A stretch of DNA of 64,000 nucleotides from Octopus vulgaris (Eukaryota): NCBI GenBank assembly GCA_951406725.2, contig OX597827.1:76198001-76262000 (forward strand), given 5' to 3'. The position numbers and the translations under genes were made by a program. Below are positions 25,272 through 38,238 of this stretch, piece after piece; positions within the stretch are counted from its first letter, which is position 1, and each line of letters opens with the position of its first letter. The notes under the pieces are model-generated. The model was not told the origin of the DNA, did not search any database, and saw only the letters and a program-made list of their open reading frames with translations.

Positions 25272-25753
25272 TTAACCCTTTCGTTCCCAACCTGGCTGAA
25301 ACCAACTCTGGCTCTGAATACAAATGTCTTGTTTTCATAAGTTTTGAATTGAAATCTTCCACCAAACCTTAGTCACAATTCATGTTCCTAACACTAGCTG
25401 AATGATAACTAACTTATTTTACTAAATTCTTTGTTATATTTAAAATTAATTGAAAGAAACACAGAGCATCTTAATAGAAATATGGTAACAAAAGGGTTAA
25501 AATATATAATAGAGAAACAATTCTTAACCCTTTTGATACCAACCCAGCTGAAACTGGCTCTGGCTCTGTAGTACAAATGTCTTGTTTTCATAAGTTTTGA
25601 ATTAAAATCTTCCACCAAACCTTAGTCACAATTTATGTTCCTAACATTAGCTGAATGATAACCAAGTTATTTGACTAAATTCTTTGTTATATTTAAAATT
25701 AATTGAAAAAAACACGAAGCATCTCAAAATAAATACAGTAATGAAAGGGTTAA
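25272..25753 (+). mobile_element. Tandem dimer of piggyBac-like MITE P1
   Basis: Two TTAA-bounded monomers (25272-25500, 25524-25753) with a 23-bp spacer. Confidence 0.85.
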
Positions 25754-26060
25754 CACTACCTCCTGACCATTGGGTGTCTTTAACAGAGTCCAGTCCATTG
25801 CAAGTATTTGGGTGGGGTCTGGTTTGAATATACCATTCCTCCGTCTGTGTAGGCCATATTGTCCTGTGTCATCTCACTAAGCCATAAACTTTTTGAAAGG
25901 AAAAACCAGAGATTTTATTGTAAGTGGACAGATTGTGATATATGTTTGGTATATAATTGGGGCTGGGGTTCAGTAGTTTTAGTGAAACATTTCAGCAAAG
26001 ACTTATATGGATGAAGTAACCTTCACTACTTTGCTATTTAAGAATGAAAAGTTAAAGGTT

Positions 26061-26440
26061 ATGGCTGTGTGGTAAGTAGCTTGCTAACCAACCACATGGT
26101 TCCGGGTTCAATCCCACTGTGTGGCACCTTGGGCAAGTGTCTTCTGCTATAGCCCCAGGCCGAGCAATGCCTTGTGAGTTTGATTTGGTAGACGGAAACT
26201 GAAAGAAGCCTGTCGTATATATGTGTATGTGTGTTTGTGTCTGTTTATCTCCCTAGCATTGCTTGACAACCGATGCTGGTGTGTTTACGTCCCCGTCACT
26301 TAGCGGTTTGGCAAAAGAGACCGATAGAATAAGTACTGGGCTTACAAAAATAAGTCCCGGGGTCGATTTGCTCGACTAAAGGCAGTGCTCCAGCATGGCC
26401 GCAGTGAAATGACTGAAACAATAAAAAGAGTAAAGAGTAA
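26061..26440 (+). mobile_element. SINE family A, full length
   Basis: Colinear with 1673-2047. Confidence 0.9.
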
Positions 26441-27304
26441 ATAATGAAGCCATGAGGTATTGTGGTCAGGGTGGTGCAATCATGATTCTAAGATGTGGTT
26501 TCTATTCCTGGTCTTGGCAGTGCATTGTATTCTTGAGCTAAATACTTCATTTCAGTTGTAAATGAATTCCAGCAATAGTTGGGAAAGTTAATCCTGTGAG
26601 TGACTGGCATCTTGTCCAGGGGTGAGTCCAGGAGTAATTTCAGTCACTTGCACACCATAGAAACCAGGTTACCCCTTTAGTGTTTGCATTATTCTGCCAA
26701 AATTAATCCTTTTTTATCCACATTGTTTTGAATTAATCCTGCATTATCTTGTATCTTTGAGATTTTGATGAGGTAGCTGTTAATTTTTAAAATGATATTG
26801 TAGGGTTGGTGTGAGAGACCAGATCTGGCCAGTTTGAACATAAAACAGGCAGAATACTTTTGGCCGGATATGGCCGGTTTAAATGCTAAAGGGTTAAACT
26901 CCAACCTCATGTGTCCTGGGGCTCATAGAAAAAAAGGTGGTAAAGGGAGCCCAGCACCCTCCTTCCCACCTTCCATTTCCTAATCTGATTTTCATTCATC
27001 ATGGAATGATCCTAAATCTAGTTGACTACCTTTCTGCTGGCTTATCATAAGATATTTGTTCATCCCCAAAGATAGAGAGAGTCCCTACATTCAGCTGTCA
27101 GTCATCATCACCATCATTGATTGTTGTTGTTAATACAACTGTCATCACTAATATGATCACTAACAACAGCAACACACCTGCTTTCGGCACGGCAACCATG
27201 ATGATGACCACCACCACCAATGACTCCACTACCACTGTTGTTGCTAAATTGTAATCCTTGATTTCACTCAACATTCGAGGATGAGTGAGATACACACACA
27301 AATA

Positions 27305-27449
27305 TAAATGCATACATACATACCTTTACATATATATATATTTATATATACACACGCACACACACATATATATAAACATATGTATGTATTTATATTAATA
27401 TATATATATTTTCATTTCATACGTTTACATATGTATGTGTATATGTATG

Positions 27450-27513
<64 letters not shown>

Positions 27514-28067
27514 CACATGTTTGTATATGTACACATATATATGTATGTATATGTATTATATATATATATATATATACTATTTGGCTCTTTTTTTTCCATT
27601 TTTCTTTCTGGTGGGCAGGAAAGAGAGCAAGAAAATAACAATAAAAAAAATATCAAACAAAACTATTTATTCACTTTTCATAGTTTCCTTATTGTTGTTG
27701 TTGTTGCTGTTGTCTTTAAAAAGAAAAGTTTTGAAACATAAGTTGTTGTTTTTTTTAAAAAAAAATTTTTTTACATACATATTTTTGTCTTGTTATTTTT
27801 ATTAATATTTTTTTCTCCTCTACAACATTTGGTTATATACATACACCATGTATATATGCGCATACATATATATATGTTTATATCTATGTATGTATTTATA
27901 TATACATATATGTACATATATATATATATATATATGTATATACATATATATACATATATATATATATATACATATACATACATATATATATATACATACA
28001 TATATATATATATCTATATATATATATGTGTATATATATATATACATACATATATATATATATACAT

Positions 28068-28118
<51 letters not shown>

Positions 28119-28135
28119 TATACATATATATATAG
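27305..28135. repeat. Extended (TA/CA/TG)n microsatellite field
   Basis: Direct inspection; source of many spurious YIYI ORFs. Confidence 0.9.
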
Positions 28136-28719
28136 CTTCTTTTTATGTTCTGCTTCATGCTTTTCATCTTTGTATTCGATCTAATCGGCAACAAACATCA
28201 GCCCCCCACCCCTCCGCCCCGTCTCCTATAATCTCATGAACATCACTACCCCCCAGCCCCACCCATCCACTCACCCAACCTACCAACCAACAACAAAAAA
28301 TAAAAATAACAAAATATACCAACATTATTGTAGATAATCCATGTTTTATTTTTTTATATAATTTATTGGTTTGTCCTTTGTAGTATTTTTTTTTGTTTGA
28401 TAAATTCCGTTTCTGTCATGCAGGATGGAGTTTGATTTTTTTTTCTATTTCTCTTCAGTTTTTTTTTTATAAACATTGTTTTCAGTTTCCATTGATATAT
28501 TTTTTCATATTTACTTTATTTTTTGGTGCATTATGAATTTGTGTTATAATATTTATCATATATATGTGATCCACACACACACACACACATATACACACAC
28601 TCACACATACATATGTTTTTATATTTATTGTATCTGTGTTATATAACTTGAGGTTATATAACATGCATGTCATAGATATATATATACATATATATAATGT
28701 GCTCACACACAGATAATTG

Positions 28720-29730
28720 TTGAGGAATCATCTATTAGAACAGTCACACACTATGGATAGATCAAGAACAAAATGGATCGGAATTATCAGTTTTAGCATC
28801 ATTATTAACACCAACCTAAGGATAGTCACTTATGAAAGTATGTTACCCTAGATATGAATCCAACAAAAGCTCAAATGAAAGGGTTGTATTTGCATACCAA
28901 AGCGAAACCACTCTCAGCCATAGTCAACTTTGTAGATTTTGTAATTAGAATTTCCACTCTATCGCTTTGAACAGTTTTAACATGATGCACTAACATGTGG
29001 TGATTTTATCATCTAACAGGTATGCAAGCAATCTTTGCTCCATACACCAGCATAATCAAAAAGGGGATAATAGTTTGGTTCAATTCACTAATCCCCGTCA
29101 GCATAGTGTTAGATACTCTCTATCCATAACAAAGTCCTATTTTCCAAACACATAAATACTATAAAGTTTTCAATATTAATAAAGGTAAAGTAGGCTATTG
29201 TTACCTGGATAGCAATGCTTTGTAGATATGACACTATAATCGTAGACACACACACATATACACACACCACACTCCAACATCCAAGTTGTAGAATAAGAAA
29301 CCCTTCAAACTACCAACTTTAGAAGATCATGTCTCTCTTAGGTGGTAAAAGAAGTAATATAATATATGTAAATTGTATCATAAGGGGTTTATGAGACTTA
29401 CTGCAAATACATTTAAGAGTTGATATAACTGTCATATGCACTTATTCAGGTTGAGATACCAAAAGAAAGGAAATTCCATCTTTCTGTCACAATTCATTTG
29501 GAAACCAAAGGACTGTGACACCAAACATGCTTCCATAACTTGGAATATTTTAATTGGAGTGACTCAATGCATGAATGAAGCTGGAAATCACAGAATACAC
29601 TTAACTGGAAAGTTCCAGATCTTGGAACAGCCACCAAGATCACTGAACAGAAGATCTGAGATACTAACTCTTTTTGCTATTATTGGAGTCCATTTCTATT
29701 GGAGAGAGAATATTCATCTGGACTAAATGT
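28720..29730 (+). mobile_element. Highly degenerate Penelope-like element fragment (RT thumb, linker and GIY-YIG C-terminus)
   Basis: Fragmentary translations IVWFNS (cf. WFNPP), HKYYKVFNINKGKVGYC (cf. KIFNRNTVKVSYSC), LSQFIWKPKD..SITWNIL..LNRRSEI (cf. LSxYIWxLKD...LNKRSEL); motifs recalled, not searched. Confidence 0.65.
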
Positions 29731-31619
29731 GCAAAATTTGCAAAACCACTGAAATTTCTCAAAGTCAGAACCTCCAGACTGAAGCTGGGTTTTCCCCTCT
29801 GACACGCACAGATGAAACCAGTTCTCTCTCCTGCATAGATGCGGTGTCATCTAGCAATACTAACAGAATTCACTCAGGTACAAAACAGCTTACCTCCTCC
29901 TGACCCCTCTAAACCAGTAATTAATGGCACAATGTGTTTCTTACCAACGTAATTTCTGCACTGCAGTATTGTCCTGTGGTGTGAAAATCTGAAGAGTGAC
30001 TGAATGTATCATCAACTACTTCTTAATAAAGATAAAATCTACAGCATTTATTAGAAGAGAATCAAACAGAAAGAGCAGCGAGGACAGAGAATAAGAATGA
30101 ATGAAAAAGACCAAGAAAAGGAAATAAAGAGGAGATTCATTCAGGGTCAGGTCTCTTTCAACCATCTCAGCAGCATTGTGAAATCTAACCTTCCAGTCTG
30201 CCTCACAACAAGTAGCCTAGACCAATGCATAACAACAGCAGTCATTTATGGATAAGAGACAGGGACCCTAACAGCAGAAATTGAGAGGAAATTGGCAGTG
30301 TGTCAGTCGTAAATGGGGGGGGGGATCAATGCTTAGCATAAGAGAACGAAAAATGAACAATTGGGTAAGTGAATGGATGAAGTTGACAAATTTATTAACA
30401 GACACCGTAAAGAAGAGGACAATGGTCGCAGGACATGTCAACAGAAAGACATGTCTGTTGGATAAAACTGATCCTCTGCTTGTGCCACATAAAAAGCACT
30501 GCTCATGGCACCACATCAAGAGCACTGGTGCTGGTATCTCATAAAAAAGAAGTGGTGTTAGTGCCATATAGAAAGCACTCAGTAAAATGGTTGGCATTAG
30601 GAAGGGCATCCAGCTGTAGAAACCATGCTAAAACAGATAACGGGACTTGATGCAGTTCCTGGCCAGCTTCTGTCAAACTGTCCAACCCATGCCAGCATGG
30701 AAAACGGATGTTGAATGAAGTTGATGGAATGGTGACCATTGACAGGAAAGATATGGTATGATGGGATTGATAAATACTGAACTGGTAAGAGCATGTGAAG
30801 GCTTACACCTAACCAGAGTATCAAAAGCTGACAACAACAACAAAAATTATTTTACATGAAGTTTGTTTTACAGCCATATATTTCCAGGTTCAATCTCATT
30901 GCACAGTACTTAATGATATCCACTTCTCCATGCTTGCACAAGTCTGATAGGAATTCACTGAGGCAGATTTCCTAGGGCTGAAAATACCCCTTCCTATTAC
31001 CAACGGCCATGCTCAAATGGTTTTTTATATGGAAAATAATGCAAGTAACAGACAGACTGTAGTTTTGAACAATCCTAAGTTCTCGTTAGTGTTATGTTGA
31101 TTCTGTTGTTATGATGAATAATAAAATATCTGATTGGAAAACAAGCTTTAATTTTTACAGTTTAGGTTAATTTGCATAATATCTTTCCTGCAGCCATTAC
31201 ACTGGCTTTTGCCCCTTGGTACCAGCTACTCTTGTCAGCCTAACTGCATACCAATGCTTTTCCAGTAATTATTCTAGACAAAGAACTTAATCAACCTCAT
31301 CTACCTCAGCAGGTTTACAGACAAATCCAAACAACAAAATTGAAAAAGACTGTTTAGAAATTACCAACAAACCAATGGATAGAAATTATTTGTCTTAGTA
31401 CAAGCAAATATTTTCTTCTGGCTGCAGATTGACCAAAGACTGTACAAAAGTTTGCATTTGTAGTTTTGTGCATATCGGTGGATATGCATTGTTACTCACG
31501 ACAGAAACAATTTTGGTTAACTTAGCCATTTCCTAAACAGATGTCAATAAAACAAGCACTAGATTAAGTATGGAGGGTGATATAACTTTGACTTTTGACT
31601 TGAGACAGCATTCAGCCGG

Positions 31620-31810
31620 GGTGGGTTGAGCTGGCTTCATTCATCCTCAATGCTGCATCTCTCACAAATGCCGACCAGACCTGGCGATTGAGGCTAACGA
31701 CCGCGTGATCTCCAACCACTCCTTATTCCAGCCTCGACTGTCATCAACCAGGTTTTTCATTGACCACCACATCGCTTTCGCCAACCCTGAAGTGGAGTTG
31801 GGGCAATTGC
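31620..31810 (-). mobile_element. RTE-like LINE ORF C-terminal remnant
   Basis: GWNKEWLEITRSLAS then NRQVWSAFVRDA in a shifted frame. Confidence 0.55.
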
Positions 31811-32365
31811 TTCGTAGATGAATTCTCCTGGTGATATAACTGATTAAATCTTTCAAAGTTTTAATCAACCTAACATCATGCAAAAAATGTTTTGAGTCAT
31901 ACCCACAGAGGAGTCTTCACTCAACATGATGTAGCAAAGACAACCTGTCAAGGGGAGTTAAAGCACTGAATAAACACTGTCAATATTTCCAGTCCATGCT
32001 GTAAAATGGTTGGTGACAGGAAGAGCATACAACCACAAAGAAAAAAGCTGTGATATTCATGAAATGAATGTAAACTCCTAACAAGATTAACACTTGCCAT
32101 GCTAATGCTGTTTTCTGTAGTGGGGTAACAATGTGGCAGGGCCCACTATCTGACATTAAAGGAACTCACAGACTCTCTTTCAGGAATGGTTGGACATCAA
32201 ACATCAATCTAACCATCACAAGTTGAAACTCTTCATTTCGGTTTGGAGTGATGCTGGGGTTAGCGGGTGAGTAGATATGTGCTGTGTACAAGAGTTGAAA
32301 CAGAGGGGAGCCTCAGCAAAGCTCCATCCAAGTAAAAGTTGTTTTTGATGGAAAATATATATATA

Positions 32366-32738
32366 AGTGCAGGCATGGCTGTGTGGTAACAAGTTTGTTT
32401 CCCAACCACATGGATCCAGGTTCAATCCCACTGCCTGGCACCTTGGGCAAGTGTCTTTTAATATAGCCTTGGGTCAACCACAGCCTACTGAGTGAATTTG
32501 GTAGGCGGAAACTGAAAGAATCCTGTCATATATATGTGTTTGTCTGTCCCCCACCATCACCATTTGACAACCGGTGTTGGTGTGTTTATATCCCCATAAC
32601 TTAACAGTTCAGAAAAAGAGACCAACAGAATAAGTGCTAGGCTTAAAAATCCAAGTCCTTGGGTTGATTTATTCAACTAAAACCCTTCAAGGTGGTGCTC
32701 CAGCATGGCTGTAGTCAAGTGACTGAAACAAGTAAAAG
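32366..32738 (+). mobile_element. SINE family A, full length (diverged)
   Basis: Colinear with 1673-2047. Confidence 0.85.
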
Positions 32739-33571
32739 GATGTGTATTACAGCTAATGGACATAAACAGATATTATCACATGATAAATATCATTTTTAAA
32801 AGTAAAAAGACTTGCACATTAGATATCTATTTAAACTCATGGTGAGTTTCAATCTGTGTGATATATAGTAACACTTTGAATCCATGCGACTACGTGATAA
32901 AGGAATTATTCAATGAAATAAATGAATAATTTAAAGATAACATTAAAAATCAACAATTGAAAAATCACAATTTCCTGCTTGTGTTTTGAGCTTGAAAGAC
33001 AGCAAAGTGTTGGGGGGGGGGACTACTTCCTTCTTCACAAGAATCATCTGAATGTTCTTTTATTGAAGATAAAAAGAAAAAAAAACATAGATAGTCTTCA
33101 GATCATTCTAGTAAAAGAATTATCCAGTGTGGATTGCCATAGTCTATTTTTGTGGAGAGTCCAAAAGTGATTGCAACACTTAATCACGAAAATAGTTCAC
33201 ACCTGATTCGACATTCTCTGATAGAGATTTACTACGATGCAATGTCCCCACAATGTGAGTTCATATTAGACAACTGGACATATATCTTGTCCACCTTTTC
33301 TCCTTCAATGGTTCTTCTTTCCTTTTCCTTTTTTTTCATTTACATCCTCTTCATCACAGTCCGGTCCTTTTTTAAAAAGATTCAGCCTCTTCCTTGTGTA
33401 TCTCCTTCAGATTGCCAATGGTCACTTCTCTTAATTACTTTCCATCCATATCATTTATGCTCTCTTCATTCACCTCAGAATCATTAAAATTGCTCAAACA
33501 CAATTTCCTCAACTACCAATTCTGTCTCAAACATTTCAAATCCCATTGAAGGAATGAAATGAAAATATAAT

Positions 33572-33729
33572 AGGAGTGGCCATGTGGTAAGTAGCTTGCT
33601 AACCAACCACATGGTTCCGGGTTCAGTCCCACTGCGTGGCATCTTGGGCAAGTGTCTTCTGCTATAGCCCCAGGCCGACCAATGCCTTGTGAGTGGATTT
33701 GGTAGACGGAAACTGAAAGAAGCCTGTCG

Positions 33730-33760
<31 letters not shown>

Positions 33761-33988
33761 GTATGTGTGTGTATATGTTTGTGTGTCTGTATTTATCCCC
33801 CTAGCATTGCTTGACAACCGATGCTGGTGTGTTTACGTCCCCGTCACTTAGCGGTTCGGCAAAAGAGACCGATAGAATAAGTACTGGGCTTACAAAGAAT
33901 AAGTCCCGGGGTCGATTTGCTCGACTAAAGGCGGTGCTCCAGCATGGCCGCAGTCAAATGCCTGAAAAAAGTAAAAGAATAAAGAGAG
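33572..33988 (+). mobile_element. SINE family A, full length
   Basis: Colinear with 1673-2047; CpGs largely retained (young copy). Confidence 0.9.
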
Positions 33989-34272
33989 TTTTACCATCTA
34001 GTTTCCTGGACCAATTGTTTTCTGATTTTCGTTCCTTTTGGGATTTTATCCCTAATTTTGTGGTTTTGGAACCTAGCTGTTCTTTCTAGCATGAGGAATC
34101 CCATTGAGTGGATTCCTCTTATTTGTTTAAATGTACACTGTATTTTATGAGTAATACATAGTCTTTGGACTAAATTTTTACACGCTTGGCCACTGGAAGT
34201 GAAAATTTCTATCAATTTCCATTTCCCTTCGATATGATTAAGTATATATACACACACACACATATATATATA

Positions 34273-34443
34273 GGTGCAAGTGTGGCTGTGTGGTAAGAGG
34301 CTTGCTTCCTAACCACTTGGTTCTAGGTTCATTCCCACTGTATTGCACTTTGAGCAAATATCTTCTACTGTAGCCTTGGGCCAACCAAATCCTTGCGAGT
34401 GTATGTGATGGATGGAAACTGAAAGAATCCCATCACATACATA

Positions 34444-34510
<67 letters not shown>

Positions 34511-34738
34511 GTATATATCTGTGCATTTGTCTGTGTATGTCCCTCCATCTCCACTTGACAATTAACTGATGTTGGTATGTTTACATCCCTGTAACTTAGT
34601 GGTTCAGCAAAGGAGACTGATAGAATAAGTACTAGGCTGAAAAGAAAACATAAGTCCTGGGGTCGATTTGTTTAACTAAAACCCTTCGAGGCAGTGCTCC
34701 AGCTTGGTCACAGTCAAATGACTGAAACAAGTAAAGGA
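34273..34738 (+). mobile_element. SINE family A with expanded internal (TA)n
   Basis: Colinear with 1673-2047. Confidence 0.85.
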
Positions 34739-35093
34739 AGGAAAGAAAAAGAATATGTCACACATACACACACACACACAAAACCAGCGCTTACTTGCAA
34801 CGGAGTATGGCTTGATAACATGGAACATGCTTTCCCAAATTCATTTAGATATCTATATTGTTGCAAGCAGAGACAGATGCTCTCTCAACTCCACCACTCT
34901 TTGACCAAGGGCTACAATCAGGATATGACAGTTGAAGGGAAAGAGTGTTGCACCAGCACTCACTTGGTACCGAAAAAAAAAAAAAGTAAGACTCAGAATG
35001 TCTCAATATTTAATCAATTTGTATTTCAGAGTTCTTTCCTTTGTCCCTTTTCTCAAGAATTGTCGTTAACACGTAAGTTTTCTTACTCATTAT

Positions 35094-35451
35094 TCTTTTA
35101 TTTGTTTCGGTCATTTGACTGCGACCATGCTGATGCACCGCTTTTAGTCGAACAATTCGACCCCAGGACTTATTCTATCGTCTCTCTTGCCGAACTGCTT
35201 AGTTACAGGGACGTAAACACATCAACATCGGTTGTCAAGCTATGACGGGGGCACAAACACAGGCACACAAACATACATACACATATATACGACAGGCTTC
35301 TTTCAGTTTCCATCTACCAAATCCAATCCGAAGGCTTTGGTCTCCCCGAGGTTATATAGAAGACACTTGCCCAAGGTGCCACGCAATGGGACTGGACTTG
35401 GAACCATGTGGTTGGTAAGCAAGCTAGTTACCACACAGCCACTCCTGCGCC
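35094..35451 (-). mobile_element. SINE family A, reverse orientation
   Basis: Reverse complement of family A. Confidence 0.85.
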
Positions 35452-37375
35452 TATTATGGATATAATGTCAGCTAAAAACATTTTTCTGCTATATACATTA
35501 CTTATGTTAGGTCATATTCGACCATACAAACTATTGTATATGCAAATAAAAAATACGTTAGAAATACTTTCACATATACGCAAAATTGTTCTTTTCATTG
35601 TTTGGTAAAAAAAAAATGTCAGGTTTAATATATATATTGTTTTAATGTGATGGAATGTGAGGTGGCGTCTACATAAAATACAGTAGATCTACTCTTAGAA
35701 ATACTGCTGAACACTTTTCTGATGCTGTGGTACCCAGACATGCAAGGTTCAATTGCACTGAGTCTATTTCCAACACAATTATCAATAATTAAGGGAAATT
35801 TATGTAGATTATTATTGGACGGAGATAGTCACAAACAATAACAAGAAACTCATCAGTAAACCATACAGTTAACAGGTTCCTCAAAACCCAGGCCTTCCGC
35901 TGGAGGCTCTCTGAGTCAATTCTTGTTAATATTCTTCAAGGCTCTGGGTTTTTCTGAATAGTACACTAGGAATGGCCTTATTTTTAATTTCTCTGAAGCA
36001 TTAGTACAGAAAAGTAAAAAAACAAACAACCCATTGGAAAATGTGGTCCTCTGTCTGACTATACTAATGAAGGAGACGGGTTGACAGAATAGTTAGAACA
36101 TCGGACATGCTTAGCTGTATCTCTTGCGGCTCTATGTTCAAAATTCAAATATCGTTAAGGTCAGTTTGTCTTTATTTTTTTCAGGGGTGAATAAATAAAA
36201 TACCAGTTGAGTACTGGGGTCGATATAATCGACTACCCCTCTCTCCGCCTCTATACTTATAGTGGAAAGAATTATTAGAGGTGAGGCCGATAGGTTGACA
36301 AAAGTTAAAACGACAAAATGCTGGGCAGTATTTCGTACAGTTCTTTCCGTTCTGCATTCGAATCCTTTAAAAATTCACTTTTCATTCTATTGATAAAATA
36401 AAATAATGGCAGAGTTGATAGGATTGACTATCTCCATCTTAAAATTGATGGCCTTATGCCTATATTAAAACCAATGATTATAAGGATGGCGGTATTAAAA
36501 TTGGTAGTACGGCGGATAAAATGATCCGTTTTGGGATCTTGCGGTTAGGTCCCCTTTCATTTTGAGTTCGAATCACACTGTTGTCACTATAAAAACCACA
36601 ATTCTAGTAATGGGGATCCATTTAGCTTATGTGTAATCTATATAAAGACTACATCTTTTCCCCATCTCCGCCACAACGTATGACCCCTAGGCCTATATGT
36701 CAAAAATTTATTATTTTACTTCTAGAGAAAAATTCGTTTAATCATGTTAAGCTAATTGCTGATAGCCTTGAGAAAAGCGTGCACTTCACAGATCTTATTT
36801 CCTCTCCTTAGGCCTCATTCCCTCTGTCAAAAGAAATCAATAATTTTAAGCAAATCGTTTGAAAATCGAAAATTAAAATCAATAAATGGACGGTTGGATA
36901 ACGACATCAAGTTGGATATCAGATATAGAGAGAGAGTAGGAGGAAGAGAAAGGATGGGGTGAGTAGGAGGGAATGACTGAATAAGCAAAAGAAGGATTAG
37001 AGAATTGGAAGAGCAGAGAGGGAGACAGTGGGGGAGAGGTTGCTAGAGAAACAAAGAATTAAGAGAAAGTGGTTTCAAATATGACAGTCAGAGAGAAGAC
37101 TAGGATAGATAGAAGGAGAGGAGGAAACAAAGTGAATCTCTTTTGCTATCTATCTTTGTATCTCTCTATCTATCTACTTTTCTAATAAATTGTCATATAT
37201 ATTTTATATGTATATATATATACACATATGATATAAAGATTATGCATCAATATTTAATAAACAATGCATATCAGTATAAAATCGGGATCTTTTCGCTTTG
37301 ACCGGCAGATTTTAAAAATAATTTCTTTGTAACTAAACACTTTCGTGTTTAATTAGACACACACACACACACACA

Positions 37376-37461
<86 letters not shown>

Positions 37462-37761
37462 AAAGAAAAGGTGTTCAGAATGCTGGATGGTTGTAAAAAA
37501 ATATATATTTGTGATATGTAAATAAATATATATATTTTTACAACCATTCAGCATTCTGAACACCCTTTTCTTTCATATGTATTAAATCTGTACATCACGC
37601 CCCAATACTTCTAACATATATATACATAAATACACATGTATATATATATACATAAATACATACATATATACATAAATACACACATATATATATATATATA
37701 CATAAATACATACATATATATATATATACATAAATACATATATATATATATATATACATAA

Positions 37762-37796
<35 letters not shown>

Positions 37797-37979
37797 AATA
37801 CATATATGTATATATCAGATTACATAGCTAAATATATATTCAATGTAGATGTCTGTCTGTATGTCGGTCATGGTCATGAGTTGTCTCCCCGTAAGGCGGT
37901 GTCAAGTCCCCCCATTGAATAGGTTCCCGTTCGAAAACAAACACATCTGACTTTCTTAACACACACATACATACATATA

Positions 37980-38238
37980 CGAACGGGAGAAGGAACGAGT
38001 CGAGGCGAAAGGAGTACTCAATATAACAGTGCAGTGTTTAAATCGGAAAGAAGCTGATGATTCACGTCGACGGTACTCAGAGTTTCTCTCTATCATCTGC
38101 AATTGCTAAAAGACACTTGTGTAGCCTTACACCATCAAATCTTTCCTCCACGTCTCCTTTCCTCTTCACTGAAGCCTCCTCCTCCTCGGCATCTCCTGGA
38201 AATAATTGCTGAAGAAAATTGATCCCTGACAGGTAAGA
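37980..38238 (+). promoter_or_regulatory. Candidate promoter and non-coding first exon of ZNF gene 2, with 5' splice donor CAG|GTAAGA at 38232/38233
   Basis: Locally CpG-rich unique sequence (CGGAA, TCACGTCGACG), then a near-consensus donor; implies an intron of ~4.5 kb to 42717 (inference). Confidence 0.45.

Noticed and set aside
27308-28239. Many overlapping YIYI ORFs (also 16818-17230, 21175-21494, 24675-25121, 37333-37803)
   Set aside because: Dinucleotide repeats lack stops by composition
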